Assembly: GCF_009914755.1 (NCBI RefSeq)
Contig: NC_060940.1
Length of the DNA: 64,000 nucleotides
Strand: one strand, 5' to 3'
Source: the human T2T-CHM13v2.0 reference genome, Homo sapiens
Shown here: positions 1-21,879 of the stretch, in pieces
How the letters are laid out: each line of letters begins with the position of its first letter
Numbering within the stretch: the stretch's first letter is position 1
The notes under the pieces: generated by a model
The model's input: only the letters and a program-made list of their open reading frames with translations
What the model was told of the DNA's origin: nothing
The model's database searches: none
Translations under genes and position numbers: made by a program

Positions 1-409
1 GGCTGAGGCATGAGAATCGCATGAACACAGACGGCAGAGGTTGCAGTGAGCTGAGATCACACCACTACGCTCCAGCCTCTGTCTCAAAAAAAAAAGGGGG
101 GGAGGGGCGGTGGGGGGAGCGGGAGCCAGTATATAATTCAGTATCTCTCATCTATACATATTAAGGCTTTTGACCATTACCAAATTCTCCCAGCAGCTCT
201 CTGAGAGTACTGTAATTCTGGTTTTGCTGATTAGAAAACCAGATACAAAGAGGTAAAGTCACCTTGTTCTAGGCCACTAGGTGGTAATCTGAGTCAGGAC
301 TGGAGACAATGATTTATTTTTAATATCTCATGTAATGTTAATCTCATAACTCAGGGCATAACTCTTTTACCATTTTGGACTATATCATTTCATTCATATG
401 ATAAAGACA

Positions 410-946
410 CTGTAGCTTCCCCCTCACCTGCAGCTTCACTTTCTGCAGTTTTAGTTACCTGTGGTCAACCATCGTCCAAAAATATTAACTGGAAAATTCT
501 AGAAATAATCCACTCGTAAGTTTTAAATTGTGCACTATTCTGGGCAGTGTGATGAAATGTCGAGCCATCCTGCTCTGTGTGACCCTGGACAGGAAGCCTC
601 TCTTTGTCCAGCATATCCATGCTGTATGACTCCCGCCCCTTTAGCCACTCAGCAGCCATCTCACTTACCAGATCAACTGTCTTGGTTTCAGGGTGTTTGT
701 GTTCAAGTAACCCTTCCTTTACTTAATAATGGACCCAAAGCCAAGAGCAGTGATGCTGGCATTCTGGGTTTATTTTATTAGTATTGTTGTAAATCTCTTA
801 CTTTGCTTAATTTATAAATTAAACATGATCATAAGTACATATCTATAGGGAAAAAATGGTATATATAGGGTTCTGAACCATCCTGCATTTCAGGTATCCA
901 CCGTGGGTCTGGAAATGTATCGCCTGTGGAGAAGGGGTGACTACTG
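410..946 (+). mobile_element. MER44B-like non-autonomous Tigger DNA transposon
   Basis: Degenerate terminal inverted repeats (ctgtagcttccccct ... aggggtgactactg) and internal sequence resembling the MER44 consensus. Confidence 0.75.
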
Positions 947-2788
947 TGTATGTAAAAATCACCCTGTGTGAAATGTTATATCCTCCCCTTTCCTCAGTTT
1001 AACGTTGTTTTGAAAGAATTTTCTCACATTACTTGAAAACACTTAGGAAACCATTTTTAGTGACTGTAGTATTTTACCAGTTAGATATGCCATGGTTTAC
1101 TTAACCATGTTCCTAATGTTGGGTACTTATATTGGATCTAAGTTTTGCTGTTATTTGTAGTGCTGCGATGGGTGACTGTGCACAAACCCTTGCCTGTACT
1201 TTTGTGTATTTCCCTAAGGATAGATTGCTGCAAAAAAGAACCACTGAGTGTGAGACTGTAAATATTTGGAAGGCTTTCAGTCTATTTCCATATTGCTTTC
1301 CTGAAAGATTGAACCAGTTTATACTTCTGTAAGCAACAGTGTTTGAGAAGATCTCTTTACTTTTTTTAACATTGACCTTTGTCATTTCTTAAACTTTACT
1401 AGTTATTTTGGTAACCGGCTTGTTTTTATAATTTGAATTTCTTTGCTTCTCAGTGAAATAATAGTTTCTTTTATAGGAGTATTAACCATTTGTTAAGAAC
1501 CACTATTTTAGTCCAAAAGAAAGGTATATAAGAAGAAAACTGCACAATTCCAGTGGGAAGGACTTGGGGTCAGGGTCCCTGATATGTTGGAAGGTTGAAC
1601 TTTTTGTTGTTGGTTTTTCCCCTTGCCTTAAAAAGTCCATATTGCTTGAATGTTGCAATCTTGGGCAAGGCCAGCAATTAATCCAAGGGATGATGCCACT
1701 GTCTTCTCCTGGTGCTGGTCCTTTCTGACAGAGAACATGGTACTAGGGCTGAGTGCTTGAATGCTTGCACATAGGACCCAGAAGGTGCACATATAACCGG
1801 GGGTTCGTTCCTTGAGTGATATCTTTGTGAGATGACATTTTGCTTGTTGGTTGTTTGTTTTATAATGAGGAATCAAAGTGGGTATTCTAGGAAGATCCAG
1901 TGTTTCCCTACTCACACTTTGCATTACACACAGTCCAGGGGGTGACTCAGAATCCAGTGCTGTCCTGCCTCTCCCAGTTGGCTGACACCATTTTCTTGAC
2001 TGGAGCCTTAGTTTTCTAGGCATATATTCTAATGATGGAACATTTTGAAATGCAGATTATTTTTGAGGTTACTGAATTTTTTAATAACACAGCTGCTGTC
2101 CCTAAATTGCCATCTTTTATAAGGTCTAGTTGCATTAGAAATAGCTCTCCCAACCCCACTCCCCCAGTGCTCAGAACGCTGAACCCCGTACTACACTTGG
2201 AAAAGGATTGGATGTCCTAAAGCATTGGTTATGTAATTGTGGGTTGGCTTTCACCCACTGAGCTTTACTTCCTCCTGTGATCGTGAAATACAAGCTGGCA
2301 ACAGTAATTAGATCTCAGAAAAGCTTGTCACAAAGCACCACAGACTAGAGAAACTTGTAAGCTCTTTTTGCACTGGCTGAAGTTTTTGAGTACCACTACC
2401 TTCCATCTATAGTGTAGTAACCTTAGACAGGTAGTGCTTTTCTTCTGTGCATTAATTTTAATTAAGCAATGACACCTACTTTCTTTTCCACTCTGAGATC
2501 TGCATGTAGCTAAACTTATCAGGTGAGTGCTTTCCCATCTTTGATCATTGATACTGCTTGGAATATACCGGAAAAAGAGCAGCAAGCAGAAAATCTCCCA
2601 TTTCCACAAGCTGCTGACTAACTCAGAATTGCTAGATTTTGTGAAGCAAATGAATGCTATAAAAGAAGTCAGAAAGATCAGGGAAGCTGTCCCTAGGACT
2701 TGGTCAGGCCAAACCTTGAAATATCAAGTGATGTTACAGAGGTACAATTATGAGAATATATATAACTCAAGACTTACATATGTGATAA

Positions 2789-3122
<334 letters not shown>

Positions 3123-3553
3123 AGGATTTTATTTTTAATTCTCACAGCAATTCTGCAGAGAGAGGTAGTGAGAGGTTTAATGCTTTGTTCAACATAATTT
3201 GCTGTTAAATAGCCATTCATTGGCAGAAAATCTGAACTGTTGTGTTTTCCTTCCTGTGTCATTCATGGTTTCAGTCCTGAAGAGGAGCCCACTAGAGCCC
3301 AACAGGAGAGGAGAGTGGGAGAATCCCTCACCCAGAAGTTCACAGTGGTATCATTTAGTGACACTCAGGATGTCTCCAGTTATTGTTAGAATTTAAAGTT
3401 AGGTTCATCCCTGTGAGGTCCAAGAAAATATAAAAATAAAATAAGGGTCTACTAGTATTAAACATACTCTGTAATCACTTTTGAAAGGAAAGGAGTTAGT
3501 GGAAAAAATGGAAGAACCATAGCGAAACTAAAATAAATATATGTAGATATATT

Positions 3554-4223
<670 letters not shown>

Positions 4224-4925
4224 TTAATATACGAAGCAATCACTTTCAGAAGGAATAGTGTGTTAAAAAAAGGTAATGAAAGATTTTAAAACAAAACACT
4301 TCATGAGACAAGAAGTTAGAACAATTACGGCAAACTAAAAGAAAAAGCTAGGAATGAGATCGAATACAGCCAAGTATTTCCTGCAGTTTTAAAACCTCTA
4401 CTCCCCATTTTGGGTTTCTGGCCACAGATTACGTAATATTTTTCGTTACTTGAACTGGAATTACAAAGATTGATACAGAAGATGGTCCGATAAGTCAATT
4501 GGGTCCTGCTCCTTGTATGTCTAGGTCCAAACCAAAATGAGTCAATATTTGGACAAGATATCAGCCATCCAGGGCTTATAGGCAGGTAAAGGAGATGGCC
4601 CATTATTACAGGGATTTCAAACCAGGCTTTGTATTCTCTTACCCTGGCACTGCCAATTATATTTATTTATTGGAAAATGATAACCTTAGAGTTAAGCTAT
4701 ATGCTTATAAAAGAGGCACTGCTTATATGGGTTCTATCATGTCCAGGTTTACATTGCCCGTTAGAAAACAGGACACCTGGCTGGGTGCAGCAACTCATGC
4801 CTGTAATCCCAGCACTTTGGGAGGCCAAGCGAGTGAGGATCGCTTGAGCCCAGGAGGTCAAGGCAGCAGTGAGCTGTGTTCACACCAGTGCACTAGACAC
4901 CATCTCAAAAAAAAAAAAAAGTGTT

Positions 4926-4978
4926 GGGGGGAGAGAGAGAAAGAGAGAGAGAGAGAGAAGAGGAGGGGAGGGGAGGGG
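4926..4978 (+). repeat. (GA)n / polypurine tract after a truncated Alu
   Basis: About 50 nt of uninterrupted purines. Confidence 0.8.
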
Positions 4979-5474
4979 ATACCTGATCAGACTCCTCTGA
5001 AGAGGGAATTGAAAAGTTTGTCACAAGCCCTGAGTTATGCTGATATAACAGAGAATTGTTAGATCAGAGAATCCAAAGTAACCTACTGCGCTTAGCCCTT
5101 CAGTCTTTGTCCTAGCTATAGGCCATAAAGTTGAATAGTGCCGGGAATTGTTCTTGACTTAAGAATATAATGGTCAAAAAGGACAGGCAAAGTTGTTTCC
5201 CTTCTGGAACTTACACTTTAATGGGGGAGATAGACAATAAGCAAGTAAAAGTAATTGAACAAGGCAATTGCAAATACCACCCTCGGTGAGCTCTTGAAAC
5301 ACAAATTATTTCACCTGCATTCCACAGATACACAGGTGAATGTTTGCCTTGATAAATGCATAAAAGTGACTGAACTTTTGAGGTCCACTGGGCTTTTGTT
5401 TGATATTTACTGCTAGTGAATTTTCCAGCCTGCAAATCTCTTAGAACTTCTAAATACATTTTTTTTTCTTTTAG

Positions 5475-5617
5475 GTTGCAGAGAACACATCTTAGAAGAT
5501 GAAAAACCTGAATCTATCAGTGACACTACTGACTTGGCTCTACCACCTGAAATGCCGATTTTGATTGATTTCCATGCTCTGAAAGACATCCTTGGGCCCC
5601 CGATGTATGAAATGGAG
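5475..5617 (+). CDS. LONP2: LONP2 internal coding exon (exon 12 by canonical numbering), linker before the protease domain
   Basis: Pyrimidine tract and ttag acceptor at 5471-5474; donor GAG|GTGATT at 5618. The 143 nt translate (G)CREHILEDEKPESISDTTDLALPPEMPILIDFHALKDILGPPMYEME and join the next exon in phase 0. Confidence 0.95.
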
Positions 5618-5626
5618 GTGATTCAT

Positions 5627-6140
5627 TCTTTTTATTTCTTTTTGCTCCAGTCAATGAAAGGAACACTTTATTGAGGCCCCAGGGCCGTAGGGCCTGGGCA
5701 GGAGGCTGCCCTTTGGGGAAGGAATAGCCTTATTCGACCTTCTTTTTGGGACGCAGGTTGTTGGTGTGGCCGCACTTCTTGCAGCAGTTGACTGCATGGG
5801 GGCGCAGGCGAGCACAGCTCTTGTGGCACATCATCTTCTTGCAGTTGTATTTCTGGGCAAGGTGGCAGAGGGAAGGCTCCGTAATGCCACCTCACAGGCA
5901 CAGCATCAGGCGCAGGGTGGACTCTTTCTGGATGTTGTAGTCTAAGAGTGTGTGGCCATCCTTCAGCTGTTTGCCCTCAAATATCAGACACTGCTGGTCA
6001 GGTAAGATGCCCTACCTGTCTTGAATTTTGGCTTTGACATTCTCAGTGGCATCACTGGGCTCGACCTCAAGGGTGATGGTCTGGCCTGTGAGGGTCTTCA
6101 CAAAGATCCACATCTCAGCGTCTGCAGCTTGGCCAGTCTC
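5627..6140 (-). pseudogene. UBA52 (ubiquitin-RPL40 fusion) processed pseudogene
   Basis: 6113-5730 translates [125 protein letters not shown]. Intronless, two premature stops, AATAAA at 5667-5672 and a decayed poly(A) at 5627-5643. Confidence 0.95.
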
Positions 6141-7679
6141 ACTCCATTCTCATTTTTTTGTTGGTACTCACTGGTGTACTCAGGTGGTTGCTTAACAGAG
6201 AAGTAAAATTGGATGTTTCCAGAGGCTGAATTTTGCCTTAAGATGGAAACTTTATTTCTATATGGTATTGTGTTTTAGTGCTTATTGTGATAATATGACT
6301 TGCCAGGAGCCAGAGATCCCAGCCATATCCTCTTTTAGAACCCCAGTCTCATTTTATTCTCTACCATTCAGTTCCATTTTAAGGACAATGCCTCTGACTC
6401 TTCTTCTTAGAAAAATTACATATTCTTATGTGTACTTTAAGGAGGGATTTCTTTGTGCTATCAAGGGCTTGGGGGAAGAGGCGGGGAATCAACCTGATAC
6501 AGGTCTGAAAACATGAGCATAGCTTAGCTTCAGACTGTGCTAGTGCAGACCCAGATGACATCTTTCAGGAACCTATTGTTCCATTGTTAATAGTTCCTTT
6601 AGGGTTAAACCCACATGCAGGTCTAGCCCTATTTTCATCTTTCTCTCCTAACTGTACCTCACAGCAGAAGGCCTGGGTGCCAAGACCGAGTTGAAGCAGC
6701 TGATGGAAATAGATGTTAGACTATAACTGCTAAGGGCATTGTGAAATAATTTATAGGTGCTTAGATGAGCTTTCATAGGTTGGTTACTATAAAAATGTTT
6801 GTATTATACTACTGAATTTAGCTTTATCATCACCTCCTTATCAGTTTAAGGAAAAAATATTTTCAGAAAATAAATCTGATAAACTATGTAGAAGATAATC
6901 TCTCCATCTAACATTTGAAATCATTACCAGTAGATATGGTTTTCCTCAAGTTCTTACAACTGAGCAGATGAGAAATAGCCCCCAAGCCTGTCTTGTTTAT
7001 CCATTTAAACTCTAAACTGGTCATTAAAGCTAATGAGCCTCTCTACAGAGCTCTCAGTTACAAGAATAGAACTTGTTTACTCTTGACAGTAAATCTGGAC
7101 TTGAACAATAGAATCAGAAGCATTGTTTTGATTATTTGAATTCTTAAGATATCATGGATTTGAATTTTGAAGTGTTGAAAGAACTTGAGCAAAACATTGT
7201 TGATTGAGAAAGTGAACAAAACCTGCTTTCTCGTTCTGGGAGGATCCAGTGACATTGTGAGTGAAGACGCAAACAGGTTTTGACTCCTGCATGGCCGATG
7301 ACCTTTTTCTGTAGGCTTACCAGAAAAGTACATTCCAACAGTTCTTTGAGGATTTAAACTAGAGCAGCAAATAAAGACAAAAGATTAATGCATGTCTCTG
7401 TTGCATATACCCCTCTCTCCCAGCCATTTCTGCTGATGTTAAGTTTGGAAGCATTGCTGACATTCCTGGAGCATTAGCAAAGAAAGAGCCAAGAGAACAG
7501 AAATGAGAAATTTTATAAACACTGCTTACCAGTTATCCTTGTTAGCATGGGAGAACCTTATTTTCCTTGTAGCATGTGAGCTTTAACATAGTAACACTTT
7601 TACCAACATGAGTCTGCAGAAAGACTCCAGTAGCCATTTTGTCTTTTATAGATAGCATCTTAGAATGGAAGATGTGGTG

Positions 7680-8113
7680 TGTCACATGCGTGCGTGCGGA
7701 GAGACCACCAAACAGGCTTTGTGTGAGCAACAAGGCTGTTATTTCACCTGGGTACAGGTGAGCTGAGTCCGAAAAGAGAGTCAGCAAAGGGAGATAGGGG
7801 TGGGGCCGTTTCATAGGATTTGGGTGGGTAGTGGAAAATTACAGTCAAAGGGGGTTGTTCTCTTGCTGGCAGGGGCGGGGGTCACAAGGTGCTCAGTTGG
7901 GGAGCTTCTGAGCCAGGAGAAGGAATTTCACTAGGTTAATCGCTCAGTTAAGGTGGGACAGAAACAAATCACAATGGTGGAATGTCATCAGTTAAGGCAG
8001 GAACCAACCATTTTCACTTCTTTTGTGATTCTTCACTTGCTTCAGGCCATCTGGATGTATACATGCAGGTCACAGGGGATATGATGGCTTAGCTTGGGCT
8101 CAGAGGCCTGACA
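7680..8113 (-). mobile_element. Solo LTR7-family (HERV-H) LTR
   Basis: The - strand starts TGTCAGGCCTCTGAGCCCAAGCTAAGCC and ends GTGACA; 434 bp; 5-bp TSD tggtg/tcgtg (7675-7679 and 8114-8118). Confidence 0.92.
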
Positions 8114-9452
8114 TCGTGTTTTGAGTGTTGGGAACATTGTGTTCATTTTTTTCATACTTGAAAGTGAGAACTCACCCTGTAGCCGGGTGTCTCTACCTGT
8201 AGTGGTCTGATGACCACCAGCCCCAAATTACTTAACCACACAGTCTACCTCTGCTTTTGCATCTATAAAATTAAGATTTATGGAACATTTCTTTCTTGTC
8301 CGTGAGGGCTGTCACTGTGCTAGGAGTGTAATTCCATTTTACATACAAGGGAAAAAGTTTGAAGAGATTAAATGAATTGTACAAATTCACGTAAGTGGCA
8401 GTTGGTAGAGTTAGGATTCAGACTCAGATCAGCTTATTCCAAGTCCATTATTCTTTCTACCTTTCTACAGTACCCTGTCAGGCCAAAATAATTCCTGCCC
8501 TTGTCTGCTAGAAGAGAGTGGCAGTGATGTATGAGAGTTTTTTAAAAAGGCATCTGCTCTACATCAGATTCTCATTCATATTCTTACCAACTCTGTTGCT
8601 CTGTTTTGGAATGGGAGAGGCTGGGCTCAACTTGTTGACCACTCCCATTTTTGTATCTCTTGGCTATCAGGCACTGTGTAAGGCCCTCCACAGTGATCAT
8701 TTAATCCTCAGTCATGGTTGTCTTTCCAATAACAGTTGAGGAAACAGGCTTAGAGTATTTAAATAACTTGAGAGAAGACACAACTTATGCCAGAAATGAG
8801 ATTTGGTTCTAGACCTGACCAACTCCAAACCTAGTGCTGTTTATTACTCTAGAAAAACATCACAGGCAACCTGAGCAGGGCCTCTGTTCATTGCAGAGAG
8901 CTCACAGGTGGACCTGAGCAGGGCGTCTGTTCTTTGCACCTCACAAGTGGCCAGTCTTATTTCTCTACTTCTTTGTGCTTTCCTAGGCAAAGAATCTGAA
9001 GAGAGAGGTTATACTAGGAATACTGGAATACATGTTGAGGTGTTCCCAAGATGTTATAAGATACCTTTCATTTGTTTGTTTTTACTTTTTGAGATGAGGT
9101 CTCACTCTGTCACCTAGGCTGGATTGCAGTGGCATGATCATAGCTCACTGCAACCTCCACCTCCTGGGCTCCCACTTCAGCCTCCTGAGTAGCTGGGACC
9201 ACAGGCGTGTGCTACCATACCCAGCTAATTTTCTCTGTATTTTTTTGTAGAGATGGGGTTTCACCATGTTGTCCCAGACTGGTCTCAAACTCCTGAGCTC
9301 AAGCCATCCACCTGCCTCAGCCTCCCAAAGTGCTGGAATTATAGGCATGAGCCACCAAACCCAGCCGATACCTTTTTTTTGTCTAAATGCCTGTATTCTC
9401 CCTTAGGGTAAATTACAGTCTAGGGTCTGTGGTTTCTTCTAGAAAGAGTTTG

Positions 9453-11000
<1,548 letters not shown>

Positions 11001-11895
11001 GAAAGGGACAAGAATATTGAGTTATTTATAAGGAAAAGATTATAATGATGGGGCTAACGTGTGTGAGCTGCACAAGAGAGGAGTGAAGTTAGGGCAGAGC
11101 TGCTGTATGATGGGAATGTGCTGGAGTTCATGGCTTGAGTACAGGCGAGCTAGAAGGATAAGAAATGATGGTCAGGGGTTTCAGAGGTAGCATGGTTTCT
11201 GTTGGTGATAAGTACCTGGAAGAGGGTGGCTGAGTTCAGGAGGCATTTAAAGAACTGAGAAGCCAGGTTCTGGGAGAGCATCATGCCTTCACTGAAGACA
11301 CCCAGGGTGATAGCAGGGGCTGGGGCAGAAAGGAAGGAGCAGAGTTTAGAATCTTCCTGAATGTCAGAGACAGTGAAGAGAGAGTCAGGATGGTAAAGCC
11401 AGCTGCCATAAGCAGGGGCTCAGAAGGGTAGAAGAATAAGGCCTGAAAGTTGCAAGGCAGCCTCTTACTGACTAAATTTTAAACTTAGTCTCTTTGAGCT
11501 TGATGTCTTCCTCTGATAAATGGTGGTAAGCATGTGCACGTTATCACAGAGTTCAAATTTGGTGAGTCAGTGTACCCACTGCATTGCCCAGTAATACTAA
11601 AAAAGAAAAAACAAATACTAATTTCTGCAACTACCATACTCCCTAAAAACAGAGACCTACCCCCAATCACCAAAAAATCCCCATTGTTTTTCTAATCCAA
11701 ATTTTGTACATATTTAATAACCTTATACCACCACTTACTATTTTTTTACTTTCATCGAAGATGAATCTACAAAAATATATTAATGTCAAAAAATATTACT
11801 GACCTAGCAAACTGGCAGTTGGGAAGTAAGGTAAGAAGGCACACTTTTATTAATTAATAATATCTTTTGTATTCCCTAAACAGATTGAAAAATGA

Positions 11896-12904
<1,009 letters not shown>

Positions 12905-14676
12905 AATGGGTTCTAGGAACTTAGCCTAGATTTCAGATTTAGGAACAGTATCATAGGTCACCTTTTCAAAATACATAAAGTTTCCTACAGAAACAATATC
13001 AATTAAGTGCATGTTTTAAAAATAAAAATAAAGGTTACTACAAAAAAAGTGGGGAGGAGCAGGAGTGGGTGCAGGTGTCCCCAGGAAGCCTAGGCATAGC
13101 TCACACTGCATGTGCTATCACGGCAAGACTCAGAACTGCCCCGAATCCGAGGAGGGGCCATGCGAGTAGGTGGGCCTAGGCACCTCCTCAGTCACTGGCT
13201 GTGCCCTTTCACTCTGTCACTGGGAGACAGAATCCTGAGTTTTCTGCTTCAGGGAGCCTGCATGGAAAGAGTAGGTCACTGCCGGAAATCAGGCTAGTTT
13301 TAGCAAAAGGAACGGACATTAGGCACCTCCAAAGGGACAAAGGACCAATATACCTGGTTGGGGACAGGATTCTGTCATTTGATTATTCCTGACTCATGTT
13401 TTCATGAGGTAGTCCCCCACCTCATATAAAAGCCTCAGTGTTGGCTTCTGACCATGGTGTATGAAAAGCCCTTGTCTAAAGGTTACTGCCCTGAGAAAAT
13501 AATAAAGGAAGAAGAGGATAGACATGAAGACACTTTAAAGCCTCCTGAATAGAATGCATCCAGAAGCGAATTCCAGGAGATTCTGTCATCATGCTTGCCT
13601 TTCAAGCAAACAAAATTAGCTGCTAGAACTGAGAAAGAGTGTAAACACCAACTAAATGCCTCAAAGAATCATGGTAGTAAATTACTTCTCCATGTTGCTC
13701 CATATAAACCTGCTGTGCCACCTGTTGAAGGCAGCACTGATGCTGCATGTTCAGTCTGGTCCAAGGCCCCAACAGGAATCCGTTGTGCCAAGAAAAGGCC
13801 CTACTGGAAGGATTGGAGAGCAGCTGGTTCTCAGCAATGCAAGCATCAGGCCAGGCTGGGGCTGCTTAATGCTGCTTAAGAGATGACAGTGGTGGACCCC
13901 AACACCTCTCCAAGGGATGTAGAATCTGCTTTTCCCATTTCTGAATGCTACTGAAACAAATCTACAACTAGAAAAATCAAATATTCATGAATTCAAGACT
14001 TGGGATCTCAGTACTAAGACTTTAAAGAAGTTGCCAGATGGATCGCTTCTGTGGTGACAGCCCTGGCAGGAGCATTCAAGTGCTCTATGAGCTACAAAAG
14101 AAACCAGTTGATGGTGTGAACACCACTACAGAGCAACCTGCACACCACAGCAATTTGACAGCTCAGGTTCTGTGTCTCATGTGGCACCGTGCTTGTCCTT
14201 GGAAAGAAGGCCTACAAAATTCTTCATATCTCCATTCCTTGACATCTGCTGGCAAACTCCCACTCATATTTTAAGACTCAGCCTCTCCTGTGACACCTGT
14301 GTCTTCTCTCCAAACAGGGAGGGACGCTTGCCTCTTCAGAGCTCCCCACACTGGAGTATAACTGCTCCTGTGTCTGATGCCCTTAGTCTCAGTGCCAGGA
14401 GGTATTCATGCTTATGTCCCCATGGCCTGTAACAGAGCCTGCATCAGGATGCTTGGTAAAGGACTGTTGAATGAATGTCAAATATGGGTCCCTCTGATGG
14501 GTCTATACGTGTTGATCTAGGATTGGAAGGGTCACAAAGAGTTGTGCATGCTTACAATTTCAATCAAATATCACTATTTTTAGTTAAGAGGGAAGAGTAG
14601 TGTGAAATTGGCAATAATTAGATACTCCAAATGTTCTTTAAAAACTAATAGCATTGATGTATTAAGAATGCAATCA

Positions 14677-18425
<3,749 letters not shown>

Positions 18426-18765
18426 TTTGCAGCCCAATAAAGATACTTAGATAAAACTATTGGGTTTATTCCTTGAAAACTAGGGCATGTGTAGCTAGAT
18501 CTGGCTCATAAAAAGCAAAGTTATTTACATATATTTTAAGGTAAAATTGCCTCTGATAAATGTCAAAGAGGAAGTTTAGGTCTTTCTTCTGGCAGAAAGC
18601 CAGAGAGTAAGTGCTGAATGTGACGCAGAATCATGTTAGGTAACAAGGACTTTGAGGTAAGTGGCTGAAGTCTTCTGTGGAGTCAGCCGACTCTTGCAGG
18701 ATTGTGTGGTATCAGTCACCTTTAGCATTTGCCAACCCAACTCTGATCATTCTTCTTCTTTCAAG

Positions 18766-18882
18766 GTATCTCAGCGTTTGAGTCAGCCAGGAGTAGCAAT
18801 AGGTTTGGCTTGGACTCCCTTAGGTGGAGAAATCATGTTCGTGGAGGCGAGTCGAATGGATGGCGAGGGCCAGTTAACTCTG

Positions 18883-18914
<32 letters not shown>

Positions 18915-18973
18915 CGCCCACCTCGCTATCAGCTGGCTCCGCAGCAACGCAAAGAAGTACCAGCTGACCAATG
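18766..18973 (+). CDS. LONP2: LONP2 coding exon 13, start of the Lon C-terminal protease domain
   Basis: Acceptor tcttctttcaag|, donor G|GTAGGA. Translates [69 protein letters not shown], with the Lon motifs GLAWT and [12 protein letters not shown]. Confidence 0.98.
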
Positions 18974-19358
18974 GTAGGAGCCTGCACCCGGCCAGGCAGG
19001 CGTGACCCAGGAGGCGGTACCTTCCATGGCGGAGACTGGCATGAGCTCGAGACTGCCAGTTACACATCTAGCAAAGTACACACCGTTTTGAACCCCTGTG
19101 GAAATCCTAGTTCCCATTTCAGGACTATTTGACTAGTGCCTGAACTAGAAACTAATTCAAAAGGTTTATTTTGTTTTAATACGACTTAGAGTAGAATGGA
19201 ACTGTTCTTCCACACCCTCACCCAAATTGTACTGTCCACCAATATTTTGAAGAATTCATTTACCCAAAACATTCATTTTTGTTTGTGACTTTTTTTTTAG
19301 GAGAAAAAGAAAACAGGTTTAATTTTTCTACATTAAAGTCCCTTTTTCCTTTTTAAAG

Positions 19359-19549
19359 CTTTTGGAAGTTTTGATCTTCTTGACAACACAGACATCCATC
19401 TGCACTTCCCAGCTGGAGCTGTCACAAAAGATGGACCATCTGCTGGAGTTACCATAGTAACCTGTCTCGCCTCACTTTTTAGTGGGCGGCTGGTACGTTC
19501 AGATGTAGCCATGACTGGAGAAATTACACTGAGAGGTCTTGTTCTTCCA
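19359..19549 (+). CDS. LONP2: LONP2 coding exon 14, containing the catalytic serine
   Basis: Acceptor ttttaaag|, donor CCA|GTAAGT. Translates (A)[70 protein letters not shown] is the Lon active-site motif; the Ser codon is at 19439-19441. Absent from the ORF track. Confidence 0.98.
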
Positions 19550-20949
19550 GTAAGTATGAAAAAACAATTTATATGGTTATTTTTTATTTAATTTTTGAAA
19601 ATTAATATTATTTTTAAATACGGGTTTGCCTTCTTTCTATGAAAACCTTGGTTTTAAGTATATATTATATTTTTATGCCTGTAACTAATTCATATTTTAA
19701 AATTTTGATCAAATAAAAGAAAAACTGACAATTTTTCACATTTTCCTTTTTTTTTTTTTTTTTTTTTTGAAATAGACAGGTCTCACTCTGTTGCCCAGGC
19801 TGGAGTGCAGTGGTGTGACTGTAGCTCACTATAGCCACCAAGTCCTGGGCTCAAGCGATCCTCCTGTCTATCTCCCGAATAGCTGGGACTATAGGAGCAC
19901 GCCACCATGCTCAGCTAATTTATTTTATTTTGCGTAGAGACAGGGTCTCTCTGTGTTGTCCAGGCTTGTCTCAAACTCCAGGTCTCATGCAGTCCTCTCA
20001 TCTCCACCTCCCAAAGTGCTGGGATTACAGGCGTGAGCCACCACATTCAGCCCACGTTTCCCATTCTAAGATTTGCTAAGGGAAAAAAATATTAGTGTGG
20101 TCATCAGAAATATTGGCAGTTACATGAAAATTTGAGGCCTTGTTCTACTTGACAAATTGTTAAAGATATAGCACATGTGCAAAATGGGATAGTAGTTGTT
20201 TTTAAGCTTTAAGCCCATTTCTTAAATTTGAAGTTTCTTTGAGACCTCCTGTCCCCCTGCAGAAAACTTTGCTAGTATAGAATGGAAACTCTAATAAAGA
20301 TTAACCATATCTAATGACTACATTTTGAAAAGGTTCTATACATGTGGGGTCTTGAGGCTCCAGATCCTAAACTGCTTATAAAAATAGTGTGATAAAATGT
20401 ACAGAACTTGAGAGTATTTAAAGTTGTTAGTTGAGTATTAGTCTACAACAGACTAGACTACAATTTTAGTCCACAACAAGATTTTGGCAGGTTCATAGCA
20501 AGATGAGGAAAAAAAAAAAGAAATAGTCTTTTTTTCTTTTTTCTATCGAGATGGAGTCCGGCTCTCTTACCCAGGTTGGAGTACAGTGGCACAATCTTGG
20601 CTCACTGCAACCTCTGCCTCCCAAGTTGAAGTGATTCTCCTGCCTCAGTCTCTCAACTAGCTGGGATTACAAGCATGCGCCACCACGCCCGGATAATTTT
20701 TTCTATTTTTAGAACCTCCATAGAACAAATGGGTTTTCTACTTGGTCCCCTCTCAGAGCAAATCGTAGCCCAAGTAAAGGCTTCTGCAGCCTCAGGAGAG
20801 ACAGCCACAGCGGCCTGGGGTACACCTTCAGCTCCAGACCATTACAAGAGGCAGGATGGAAAGCAGCAGCACTTGAAAGAAAGGCCTGTGAAAGCTGGAG
20901 AAAACCTCCTTTGAGAACAGAGGACAAGACGGGGCTTTGGGATTTGAAA

Positions 20950-21840
<891 letters not shown>

Positions 21841-21879
21841 ATGCCAGTGGGGCGGGAAGGCCTGGAGCAGCCAGCCAGT

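Noticed and set aside
5730-6113. Functional ubiquitin gene or functional link to the neighbouring E3 ligase
   Set aside because: It has two in-frame stops, one destroying the LRGG terminus. Proximity to SIAH1 is most simply coincidence.
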